Assembly: GCA_963695545.1 (NCBI GenBank) | Contig: OY968796.1 | Span: 2,496,001 to 2,560,000, forward strand | Direction of reading: 5' to 3' | Source of the DNA: Terriglobia bacterium | Lineage (GTDB): Bacteria > Acidobacteriota > Terriglobia > Acidiferrales > UBA7541 | DNA: 64,000 nucleotides | Shown here: piece by piece, positions 56,094 to 64,000 of the stretch | Numbering within the stretch: position 1 is the first letter of the stretch | Layout of the letters: each line of letters begins with the position of its first letter | Notes under the pieces: generated by a model | What the model was told of the DNA's origin: nothing | The model's database searches: none | What the model saw: the letters and a program-made list of their open reading frames with translations, nothing else | Position numbers and translations under genes: made by a program

Positions 56094-56126
56094 GCGCATA
56101 GCTTGCCACAGGTCGTGTGAATCTGG

Positions 56127-57071
56127 CTAGGGCTTATCGGTCGGCGCAGGCGGCGGTGAGGGCGCGGTGATGGCGGCATCGGCGCGGTACACGCGAACGT
56201 AGTCGACTAGCATATCCGCCGGCGTCGGCGTCGAGTTGTCCGGCCCCGGCGCAGGCCAATCGCCGCCCACGGCCAGATTGAGGATCAGAAAGAATGGCTG
56301 ATTGAACACCCACTGTTTGTCCGCCGGAATATCGGCGGACGTCAGCGTGAAGAAAATTTGCGCGGGATCGTCGCGATACAACTGCAATTTATTTTCGGAC
56401 CAGATCACGCCGTAGATGTGGTAGTTGCCGTCGTCGATCCGCCCGCCGCCCGGGAAAGTGAACTTCGCGTTCTTGGCGCCGCAGCATCCGTCGTAGCCGG
56501 GCCCGTGTTCGGTGCCCGAAGTTGTGGTCGGCGTAAATTGCGGCACCCATTCCATGATGTCCACTTCGCCGCACGCCGGCCACGCCGTGCCGCTAAGCAG
56601 ATCGGAGCCGAGCATCCAGAACGCTGGCCACAATCCGTCGCCCGGTGTGAGTTTGATCCGCGCTTCAATGCGCCCGTACTGCGGCATTTCCGTGTGGCTC
56701 GTGATCATGCGGCCCGAAGTCCACGTGCCGTCCGCCGTGCGCATCGCGCGAATCACCAGGTTGCCGCCGCCGTCCTCGAAAATGTTCGGCGCGGCGGCGC
56801 TGCACGGCGCGACGTCGTCCGAAGGCGCGCAGTAAACCTCCAATTCGTCGTTGTAGTTCTTGCCTTTGTCCTTGAACGTCCAGATGTCGGAACTGGGAGC
56901 GGAACCCGCAGGCCCGTTGAATTCGTCGCTCCAAACCAGCGACCATTTCGTTTGCGCACCGGCCGGCCGCACCGCGACGAAGAACATGAACGTTATCGCC
57001 GCCACGCGGTGCAGCGGCGAGAGACGAAGGTTCCATGCTCCGCGGGAGATGCGTTGATTCGCGATGCGCAT
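56127..57071 (-). CDS. GH16 beta-glucanase (laminarinase-like)
   Basis: 'LVWSDEFNG', 'WTSGR', 'YGRIEAR', 'WPAFWMLG', catalytic 'GEVDIME', 'LNLAVGG.W', 'VDYVRVY'; start uncertain. Confidence 0.92.
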   Translation of the reverse strand: MRIANQRISRGAWNLRLSPLHRVAAITFMFFVAVRPAGAQTKWSLVWSDEFNGPAGSAPSSDIWTFKDKGKNYNDELEVYCAPSDDVAPCSAAAPNIFEDGGGNLVIRAMRTADGTWTSGRMITSHTEMPQYGRIEARIKLTPGDGLWPAFWMLGSDLLSGTAWPACGEVDIMEWVPQFTPTTTSGTEHGPGYDGCCGAKNAKFTFPGGGRIDDGNYHIYGVIWSENKLQLYRDDPAQIFFTLTSADIPADKQWVFNQPFFLILNLAVGGDWPAPGPDNSTPTPADMLVDYVRVYRADAAITAPSPPPAPTDKP

Positions 57072-57145
57072 CGAGGGGAGGATACCACCTCGGGACGCGG
57101 ACACAAGCGCGGCGAAATTCGGGCGCTGCCGATTTTTTCTGGCCT

Positions 57146-57174
57146 TTGACTTTTTTCGCCGCACACCCTAGCAT
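57146..57174 (+). promoter_or_regulatory. Sigma70-like promoter of the gap operon
   Basis: TTGACT-N17-TAGCAT. Confidence 0.5.
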
Positions 57175-57260
57175 TGAATGTTTCATATAGTGCCGCGCCG
57201 CCGATGTGTCTTCAAGCGTCGCAATATTCCACAAGGGCCACGATGGCCCGGAGGTAAGGA

Positions 57261-58265
57261 ATGCCCATTAAGGTTGGTATCAACGGATTCGGGCGAATCG
57301 GGCGCAACATCATGCGCGCGTCGCTAAGCGACCCGTCAATCGAGATTGTGGCCGTGAACGACATCACGGACCCGAAAACGCTGGCGTATCTTCTGAAGTA
57401 CGATTCGACGCTCGGCAATTTGACGCACAACGTCACGCACGGCGCCGATTCGATCGCCGTCGACGGTAAAGCGTTCAAGGTTTTCAAGGTGCGCGATCCC
57501 GGCGAGATCGACTGGCCGTCGGTGGGCGCGGAAATCGTGGTGGAATCGACCGGCTTGTTCACCAAGGGTGAAGAAGCGAAGAAGCATCTGCGCGGCCCGG
57601 TGAAAAAAGTAATTATTTCCGCGCCCGCGACCGGCGAGGACCAGACGCTGGTGCTCGGCGTCAACGACAACGTCTACGATCCCGCGAAGCACAACGTGAT
57701 CTCGAACGCCTCGTGTACCACGAATTGCCTCGCGCCCGTGGCCAAAGTGCTCATCGAAAATTTCGGCATCGTGCACGGCCAGATGACCACCATCCATTCC
57801 TACACCAACGATCAAAAGCTGCTCGATCTGCCGCACAAGGATCTGCGCCGCTCGCGAGCCGCGGCGCTTTCGATGATCCCGACGACCACCGGCGCGGCCA
57901 AAGCGCTCAGCTTGGTGATTCCGTCGCTCAAAGGGAAACTCGATGGCTACTCCATGCGCGTGCCGACGCCGAACGTGAGCGTCGTCGACCTGACGGTCAC
58001 CACCGAGAAGCCGACCATGGTTGAAGCGGTCAACGCGGCCATGAAGCGCGCCGCCGATGGCCCGATGGCGGGCATTCTCGCGTACACCGACGAGGAATTG
58101 GTCTCCATCGATTTCCGCGGCAATTCCAATTCGGCCATCGTCGATGCGGGTTACACCCGCGTGGTCGGGCAAACTTGCGTCAAAGTGCTCGCGTGGTACG
58201 ACAACGAATGGGGCTATTCGTGCCGCGTGCGCGACTTGATCAAATTCGTCGCGGCGAAGCTGTAG
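57261..58265 (+). CDS. gap: Glyceraldehyde-3-phosphate dehydrogenase type I
   Basis: 'GINGFGRIGR', 'SNASCTTNCLAP', 'WYDNEWGYS'. Confidence 0.98.
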   Translation: MPIKVGINGFGRIGRNIMRASLSDPSIEIVAVNDITDPKTLAYLLKYDSTLGNLTHNVTHGADSIAVDGKAFKVFKVRDPGEIDWPSVGAEIVVESTGLFTKGEEAKKHLRGPVKKVIISAPATGEDQTLVLGVNDNVYDPAKHNVISNASCTTNCLAPVAKVLIENFGIVHGQMTTIHSYTNDQKLLDLPHKDLRRSRAAALSMIPTTTGAAKALSLVIPSLKGKLDGYSMRVPTPNVSVVDLTVTTEKPTMVEAVNAAMKRAADGPMAGILAYTDEELVSIDFRGNSNSAIVDAGYTRVVGQTCVKVLAWYDNEWGYSCRVRDLIKFVAAKL

Positions 58266-58342
58266 CGCATCGCGAAAAATCCGGCCGGCGCGCGAGTTCA
58301 ACGCAATCCGCGCGCCGCGCTGACGCTCATATCTAAATCAAA

Positions 58343-59539
58343 ATGACCAAGCTCTCGATTCGTGATCTCGATATGTCCGGCAAGCGCGTGTTCATGCGCG
58401 TGGATTTCAACGTGCCGCTCGACGGCGCCCGGGTCACGGACGACACGCGCATCCGCGAGACGCTGCCGACGCTCGAACTCGCCGCCTCGCGCGGCGCGCG
58501 TATCGTGCTCGCGTCGCATCTGGGCCGGCCCAAAGGCAAACCCGATCCGAAATATAGTTTGCGGCCCGTGGCGGATCGCCTGGCGGATTTGATCGGGCGG
58601 CGCGTGGATTTCGCCGCCGATTGCGTGGGCGACGACGCGGAATCGAAAAGCAGGGCGCTCGCGCCCGGCGGCGTGCTGCTTCTTGAAAATGTGCGCTACC
58701 ACGCCGAAGAAGAAGCCAACGACGAAAATTTCTCGCGTCGCCTCGCGGCACTTTGCGATGGCTTGTTCGTATGCGACGCCTTCGGCTCGGCGCATCGCGC
58801 GCACGCATCGGTGGTGGGCATCACGCGCTTCGTTCAAAAATCCGCCGCGGGCCTCTTGATGGAGCGCGAGCTCGCGTATCTCGGCAAAGCGATTTCAAAT
58901 CCCGAGCGGCCGTTCGTGGCCGTGCTCGGTGGCGCGAAAGTTTCCGACAAAATCGAAGTGGTCGAGAACCTGATGAAGATCGCCGATGCCATGCTGATCG
59001 GCGGCGGAATGACCTATACGTTTCTGAAGGCGCAGGGATTGCCGGTCGGCGCGTCGCTGGTGGAGGCCGACAAGGTTGAATTGGCGCAACGGTTGATTGC
59101 CGAAGCGCGCGCACGCGGTTTTCGCTTGGTGCTGCCGGTGGATCACGTCGTGGCCGCAGCTTTCAAACCCGACGCCGAAAAGAAAACAGTGTCCATCGCG
59201 CAGACTCCCGACGGCTGGATGGGATTGGACATCGGCCCGGAGAGCGTCGCGCGCTTCACTGACGAAATCGCCTCGGCGAAAACGATCGTGTGGAATGGCC
59301 CGATGGGCGTGTTCGAGTGGCCGGCATTCGCGCAGGGCACGCTCGATGTGGCGCGCGCCGTCGCAAAGGCTACCGCCGCCGGAGCGACCTCGATCGTGGG
59401 TGGTGGCGACTCCGTAGCTGCCGTTCATCAGTCCGGCGTGGCTGATCAGATCTCGCACATTTCGACTGGCGGCGGCGCATCGCTCGAATTTTTGGCCGGC
59501 GCGAAACTGCCGGGCGTCGAAGCCCTGACGGATCGCTGA
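58343..59539 (+). CDS. pgk: Phosphoglycerate kinase
   Basis: 'RVDFNVP', 'SHLGRP', 'GGAKVSDK', 'WNGPMGVFE', 'STGGGASLE'. Confidence 0.98.
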   Translation: MTKLSIRDLDMSGKRVFMRVDFNVPLDGARVTDDTRIRETLPTLELAASRGARIVLASHLGRPKGKPDPKYSLRPVADRLADLIGRRVDFAADCVGDDAESKSRALAPGGVLLLENVRYHAEEEANDENFSRRLAALCDGLFVCDAFGSAHRAHASVVGITRFVQKSAAGLLMERELAYLGKAISNPERPFVAVLGGAKVSDKIEVVENLMKIADAMLIGGGMTYTFLKAQGLPVGASLVEADKVELAQRLIAEARARGFRLVLPVDHVVAAAFKPDAEKKTVSIAQTPDGWMGLDIGPESVARFTDEIASAKTIVWNGPMGVFEWPAFAQGTLDVARAVAKATAAGATSIVGGGDSVAAVHQSGVADQISHISTGGGASLEFLAGAKLPGVEALTDR

Positions 59540-59564
59540 CGGAACGAATCGCTCGAGGAGGCGC

Positions 59565-60317
59565 ATGGCGCGAAAACCGGTGATTGCGGGGAATTGGAAG
59601 ATGTACAAGACACAGGCGGACGCCCGCGCATTTTTTGCGGCGTTTGCGCCGCTGGTCGAAGGCGCGCAGCATTGCGAGATCGTGATCGCGCCGCCCTTCA
59701 CCGCGCTCGCGGCGTCGGTGGACGCTGTGCGCGGCACGCAGATCCAGATCGCGGCGCAAAATATGTATTGGCAAAGCGAAGGCGCGTTCACCGGCGAAAT
59801 CTCGGCGCCGATGCTGGTTGAAACCGGTTGCACCACGGTGCTCGTCGCGCATTCCGAGCGCCGGCAATTCTTCGGCGAGACCGACGAGAGCGCCAACAAA
59901 AAAGTGAAAGCCGCGCTGAATGCAGGCCTGACGCCGATTCTGTGCGTCGGCGAATCGCTGAAAGAGCGCGAAGCCAACGAGACCGAGAGCGTGCTCGAAC
60001 GCCACTTCCGCGGTGGCCTCGCCTCGTTGACCACCGAGCAGTTCTCGCGTATTCTTTTAGCTTACGAGCCTGTGTGGGCCATCGGTACCGGCCGCACGGC
60101 AACGCCCGAGCAGGCCTCCGACGCGCATCGTTTCCTCCGGCAACTGGCCGCAAGCGTCTTTTCACCGAGCGAGGCCGCGGGAGTGCGGATTCTGTACGGT
60201 GGCAGCGTCAAGCCCGACAACATCCGCGGCTTGATGGCGCACCCGGATATCGATGGCGCGCTTGTGGGCGGCGCGAGTTTGGACGCGAAATCGTTCGCGG
60301 CAATTGTGAATTTTTAG
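59565..60317 (+). CDS. tpiA: Triosephosphate isomerase
   Basis: 'AGNWKM', 'GAFTGE', 'HSERR', 'AYEPVWAIGTG', 'YGGSV', 'LVGGASL'. Confidence 0.98.
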   Translation: MARKPVIAGNWKMYKTQADARAFFAAFAPLVEGAQHCEIVIAPPFTALAASVDAVRGTQIQIAAQNMYWQSEGAFTGEISAPMLVETGCTTVLVAHSERRQFFGETDESANKKVKAALNAGLTPILCVGESLKEREANETESVLERHFRGGLASLTTEQFSRILLAYEPVWAIGTGRTATPEQASDAHRFLRQLAASVFSPSEAAGVRILYGGSVKPDNIRGLMAHPDIDGALVGGASLDAKSFAAIVNF

Positions 60318-60344
60318 TTCGGGAAATTCCAGGGAGCGCGGGGA

Positions 60345-60809
60345 ATGCCGAGGGAACTAAAGTGGGCGATTTCATTCGTGGTCGGCGCAGGACTGCTCGC
60401 GCTCGGGTGGCGTATGTACGCCTTTTTGGTGACATTACACATCGTAGTTTGCCTCACGCTCATGCTGGTGGTTTTGTTGCAAAGCGGCGAAGCGGCTGAT
60501 TTGGCGGGGGCCTTCGGCGGAGCCGGCAGTCAAACCGCATTCGGCCCGCGCGGCGCCGCGACGTTCCTCACCAAAGCCACCACCTGGTGCGCCGTGATGT
60601 TCCTTTTCACTTCGATGGCCTTGACCATGCACGTCAGCACGCGCGGCGGCGCCGGCGCGGCTCACTCGATCCTGCAAGAATTCTCGAAGCCATCGTCGTC
60701 GAAGACAGTGCCCCCAATCAATGTGCCGCTGACGCTGCCGATGACCCCGACGCCGACGCCCGCGCCGCCGCAGCCCGCGTCTTCGACTCCGCCACCTCCG
60801 TCCAAGTAA
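60345..60809 (+). CDS. secG: Preprotein translocase subunit SecG
   Basis: 'VLLQSG..ADLAGAFGGAGSQTAFG...FLTKAT'; conserved position after tpiA; alternative start ATG 60414. Confidence 0.92.
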   Translation: MPRELKWAISFVVGAGLLALGWRMYAFLVTLHIVVCLTLMLVVLLQSGEAADLAGAFGGAGSQTAFGPRGAATFLTKATTWCAVMFLFTSMALTMHVSTRGGAGAAHSILQEFSKPSSSKTVPPINVPLTLPMTPTPTPAPPQPASSTPPPPSK

Positions 60810-60846
60810 AACTGAAGTAGTGCTTAGCAGCGCCCGCGCGCGGCGC

Positions 60847-60875
60847 TTGCCGCCGCTTGAGCGCCCGGCTACAAT
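60847..60875 (+). promoter_or_regulatory. Sigma70-like promoter of tRNA-Leu
   Basis: TTGCCG-N17-TACAAT. Confidence 0.55.
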
Positions 60876-60894
60876 CCTTGCCTTCACCCTCTGT

Positions 60895-60979
60895 GCGGAA
60901 GTGGCGGAACTGGCAGACGCACCATCTTGAGGGGGTGGCGCCGTAAGGCGTGGGGGTTCGAATCCCCCCTTCCGCACCA
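60895..60979 (+). tRNA. tRNA-Leu (GAG)
   Basis: Acceptor GCGGAAG/CTTCCGC-A-CCA; D-loop TGGCAGA; anticodon arm CCATC-TTGAGGG-GGTGG; long variable arm; GGTTCGAATCC. Confidence 0.97.
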
Positions 60980-61285
60980 CAATTTTTTGCCGCCGAGGCT
61001 CGCAGTATTGCCCGCGGTTTTCCGCGCGATATCATTCCCCCGTTTATTATTCCTTCCTCCAGCTTCGCACGCATGTTGTTCCGCGCTCGGGCCGGTTTGG
61101 ATTTCGCCCGAGCGCTCCCCCGCCGAGCGCCTAAAATTCCTGCGGTTCAATTCACCAAGAATGCTCCTTGAAATTCGTGCGCGGATGGATATTATTACGG
61201 TCTTTATGGGGCGCGCATCGTTGGCGCGCTTTGCCGGTCGCCGGATTCGAGAGGTCGGGGAAGCCGTGTGACGGAGCGGAGGACC

Positions 61286-62131
61286 ATGGAGTCGAGAACG
61301 AAGCGCAGAGAAAGTCAAAAAGGCTCGACCTTACCCGCCGCGATGTTGGCGCTGCTGATCGTGGTGATGACGGTCATCACGGTTTATATCTTCGTCAAAA
61401 AAATCTGGTGGTTCCCGCCGAGCATTACCGATGAGGGCGCGCTCTTCGACGCGCAATTCCTTCGCACGCTGTGGATCACGGGCGTGATTTTCGTCGCCGC
61501 GCAGTTGGGCCTCGCGTACGCGCTTTTCCGCTTTCGTGATCGCGGGCAGCGCGTCCGATATTTCGAGGGCAACAACGTAATGGAAGTGCTTTGGACTGTC
61601 GCGACGCTGGTCCTCTTCGTCGGTTTGGGAATTTACGCCGAAAAGGCCTGGGCTGAAGTGCACTTCATGGGTGCCGAACCCGGCGCGCTGCCGATCGAAG
61701 TCACCGGCCAGCAATTCGCGTGGAATTTCCGTTACACGGGTCCGGACGGAGTGTTCGGCCGGACGCGCCCCGACCTGGTGAGCGCATCGACGGGGAACGC
61801 CGTCGGCGTTGATCCCACGGATCCTGCCGGAAAAGACGACATCATTTCCCCCGGCACGATCGCCGTGCCCGCGGGGCGCGAAGTGGACCTGATCATCAAG
61901 TCGCTCGACGTCACGCACAGTTTTTTCGTTCGTGAGCTGCGCCTGAAACAGGACGCGGTGCCCGGAATGACCATTCACCTGCACTTCACGGCCAACACGC
62001 CCGGCACCTACGAAGTGGCCTGCGCCGAATTGTGCGGCCTGGGGCATTACAAAATGCGCGCGACCATGATCGTGATGAACGAAGCCGATTTCGAGAAGTG
62101 GTTGCAAGAGCAGGAAGCCGCGAACCAGTAG
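61286..62131 (+). CDS. coxB: Cytochrome c oxidase subunit II
   Basis: 'QQFAWNF.Y', CuA ligands 'DVTHSF' and 'CAELCGLGHYKM'; alternative start GTG 61268. Confidence 0.95.
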   Translation: MESRTKRRESQKGSTLPAAMLALLIVVMTVITVYIFVKKIWWFPPSITDEGALFDAQFLRTLWITGVIFVAAQLGLAYALFRFRDRGQRVRYFEGNNVMEVLWTVATLVLFVGLGIYAEKAWAEVHFMGAEPGALPIEVTGQQFAWNFRYTGPDGVFGRTRPDLVSASTGNAVGVDPTDPAGKDDIISPGTIAVPAGREVDLIIKSLDVTHSFFVRELRLKQDAVPGMTIHLHFTANTPGTYEVACAELCGLGHYKMRATMIVMNEADFEKWLQEQEAANQ

Positions 62132-62199
62132 TGTCCCGGGTGCGTCCCGGCGGGTGCGGGCCGTAATTGAAGCCCGCGCAGAACAAGGGGAGGGAGTTG

Positions 62200-63969
62200 A
62201 TGGCCACACACGCAGGCGTTGGCGCGCATCCGCACACCGCGCCGACCGGCTTTCTGTGGAAATACGTTTTCAGCCTGGATCACAAGGTCATCGGCATCCA
62301 GTATTACTTCCTCGCGCTGTTTTCCGTGTTTGTTGGAATGGCGCTCTCGGTGTTAATGCGATTCCACCTCGTGTGGCCGGCGAAAGCGCTGCCGTTCATG
62401 GCCGGCGCGGTGATGAAGCCGGAGCAGTACCTCGCGCTCGTGACCATGCACGGCACGATCATGGTTTTCATGGTGCTGACCACAGCGCCGCAGTCGGGTT
62501 TCGGCAATTATTTCCTGCCCATCGAAATTGGCGCCGAAGACATGGCGTTTCCCGTGCTCAACATGCTTTCGTTCTGGACCACGTTCGTCTCGCTGCTGGT
62601 GATTCTCGCTGCGTTCTTCGTGGAAGGCGGCGCGCCGATCGGCGGTTGGACGTCGTATCCGCCGCTGAGCGCCGTCGGCGACATGGCGGGTCCCGGGCAA
62701 GGCGCCGGGCAAACGCTGTGGGTGATTGGCCTCGGAATTTTTTGTCTGGCTTCACTGATCGGCGCGCTCAATTTCATCACCACCACGGTGGACCTGCGCT
62801 GCAAGGGAATGTCGCTGATGCGCATGCCGCTGACAGTGTGGGCGTGGCTGGTCACTGCGATCCTCGGCCTGCTCGCGTTCGGCGTGCTGCTCGCCGCGTG
62901 CGTGCTGCTGCTGCTCGATCGTGTCGCGGGGACGAGTTTCTTCATCCCCGGCGGCCTAGTGTTCACGGATCAGGTGCTCACGTCTCACGAGGGCGGCTCG
63001 CCGCTGCTCTGGCAACACCTGTTCTGGTTCTTCGGACATCCGGAAGTTTACATCGCGATTCTTCCGGGCATGGGCGTGACGTCGCACGTGCTCTCCAATT
63101 TTTCGCGCAAACCTGTTTTCGGATATCGCGCGATGGTCGGCGCGTTGTGCGCCATCGGTTTCCTGGGCTTCTGCGTTTGGGGCCACCACATGTTCGTCAG
63201 CGGAATGAGCCCGTATTCGGCCTTTGCGTTTTCGCTGCTGACGATGACCATCGGCGTGCCGTCGGCGATCAAGACGTTCAACTGGTTGGGAACTTTGTGG
63301 GGCGGCAAGATCGAATTCACGTGCGCGATGTTGTTCGCGCTCGGATTCGTTTCGCTGTTCGTCACCGGCGGCCTCTCGGGATTGTTCCTGGCGCAGCCGA
63401 CGCTGGATCTTTTCTTCCACGACACTTTCTTCGTCGTCGCGCACTTCCACTTTGTCATGGGCGTGGCCGCGATCTTCGGAATTTTCGCGGGGACATATTT
63501 CTGGTATCCGAAAATGTTCGGCCGAATGCTGAGTGAGGGCATCGGCAAACTGCATTTCTGGCTGACCTTCGTCGGCGTGTACTGCATTTTCATGCCCATG
63601 CACTTTTTGGGAATGGTTGGCCGTCCGCGCCGCTACGCGGACCTCTCAGGCGTGAATTTCCTGGCCCCGTTGCACCCCGTGGAATATTTCATCTCCATCG
63701 CGGCGTTTATCACGGTCAGCGCGCAATTTATTTTCCTGTTCAATTTCTTCTACTCGCTGAAGTGGGGCAAGAAGGCGGAAATGAATCCGTGGCGCGCGAC
63801 CACGCTGGAGTGGACCATTCCTTCGCCGCCGCCGTTCGACAATTTCGCGGGGCGCCACGTGCAGGTCTATCGCGGGCCGTATGAATTCAGCGTGCCGGGC
63901 GCGCCTCAGGATTTCATTCCGCAGGATGAACCGCCGGTGGAAGCCACCGGAGCGCAGGGCAAAGGATAG
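62200..63969 (+). CDS. coxA: Cytochrome c oxidase subunit I (A1 type)
   Basis: 'DHKVIG', 'TMHG', 'GWTSYPPL', 'WFFGHPEVY' (A1 Glu), 'WGHHMF', 'HDTFFVVAHFH'. Confidence 0.97.
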   Translation: MATHAGVGAHPHTAPTGFLWKYVFSLDHKVIGIQYYFLALFSVFVGMALSVLMRFHLVWPAKALPFMAGAVMKPEQYLALVTMHGTIMVFMVLTTAPQSGFGNYFLPIEIGAEDMAFPVLNMLSFWTTFVSLLVILAAFFVEGGAPIGGWTSYPPLSAVGDMAGPGQGAGQTLWVIGLGIFCLASLIGALNFITTTVDLRCKGMSLMRMPLTVWAWLVTAILGLLAFGVLLAACVLLLLDRVAGTSFFIPGGLVFTDQVLTSHEGGSPLLWQHLFWFFGHPEVYIAILPGMGVTSHVLSNFSRKPVFGYRAMVGALCAIGFLGFCVWGHHMFVSGMSPYSAFAFSLLTMTIGVPSAIKTFNWLGTLWGGKIEFTCAMLFALGFVSLFVTGGLSGLFLAQPTLDLFFHDTFFVVAHFHFVMGVAAIFGIFAGTYFWYPKMFGRMLSEGIGKLHFWLTFVGVYCIFMPMHFLGMVGRPRRYADLSGVNFLAPLHPVEYFISIAAFITVSAQFIFLFNFFYSLKWGKKAEMNPWRATTLEWTIPSPPPFDNFAGRHVQVYRGPYEFSVPGAPQDFIPQDEPPVEATGAQGKG

Positions 63970-64000
63970 ACGTGAAAACCGCGGCTACCGAAGAACTCGA

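Overview
GC-rich bacterial chromosomal window, probably Acidobacteriota (Terriglobia-like). That assignment is inferred from the Oar-type TonB-dependent receptor, the kinase/PD40 fusion, the YVTN/Ig surface protein and the PEP-CTERM-like protein. About 0.4-38 kb is a large carbohydrate-utilisation region: a TonB-dependent receptor, a minus-strand operon (GH27, PKD protein, GH35-like, CE12, two exported TIM-barrel epimerase-like paralogs flanking a methyltransferase, GH31, MFS), galKT, a YVTN/Ig surface protein, and a pectin/hexuronate/deoxy-sugar catabolic operon (GH28, UxaA-family, SDR, lactonase, mutarotase, uxaC, cupin, Gfo/Idh/MocA, ExuT-like, kdgK, eda, SDR, manD). About 38-57 kb is mixed: galE, a PLP decarboxylase, small conserved-looking ORFs, tRNA-Gly, an NDT-like/YjjX/tdk cluster, nagZ, a GHMP kinase, a Ser/Thr kinase-propeller gene with a duplicated 5' end, a REP- and repeat-rich spacer, ZIP, uppP, an amidohydrolase and GH16. 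About 57-64 kb is core: gap-pgk-tpiA-secG, tRNA-Leu, coxB-coxA. I saw no CRISPR array, integrase or transposase. The most unusual signals are: (i) an internal TM-hairpin plus lipobox that appears to split the last Ig domain of the surface protein, a possible undescribed anchoring system; (ii) a promoter-fronted AT-rich element with four IHF-like repeats among REP palindromes at 52.3-53.1 kb, at an apparent peak of strand C-skew; (iii) the duplicated kinase N-terminus separated by a REP-like insert; (iv) an ECF-promoter-driven RelE-like orphan beside a G-U-compensated RNA hairpin; (v) the NDT-YjjX-tdk cluster. All family calls come from motif recognition by eye, not from database searches.
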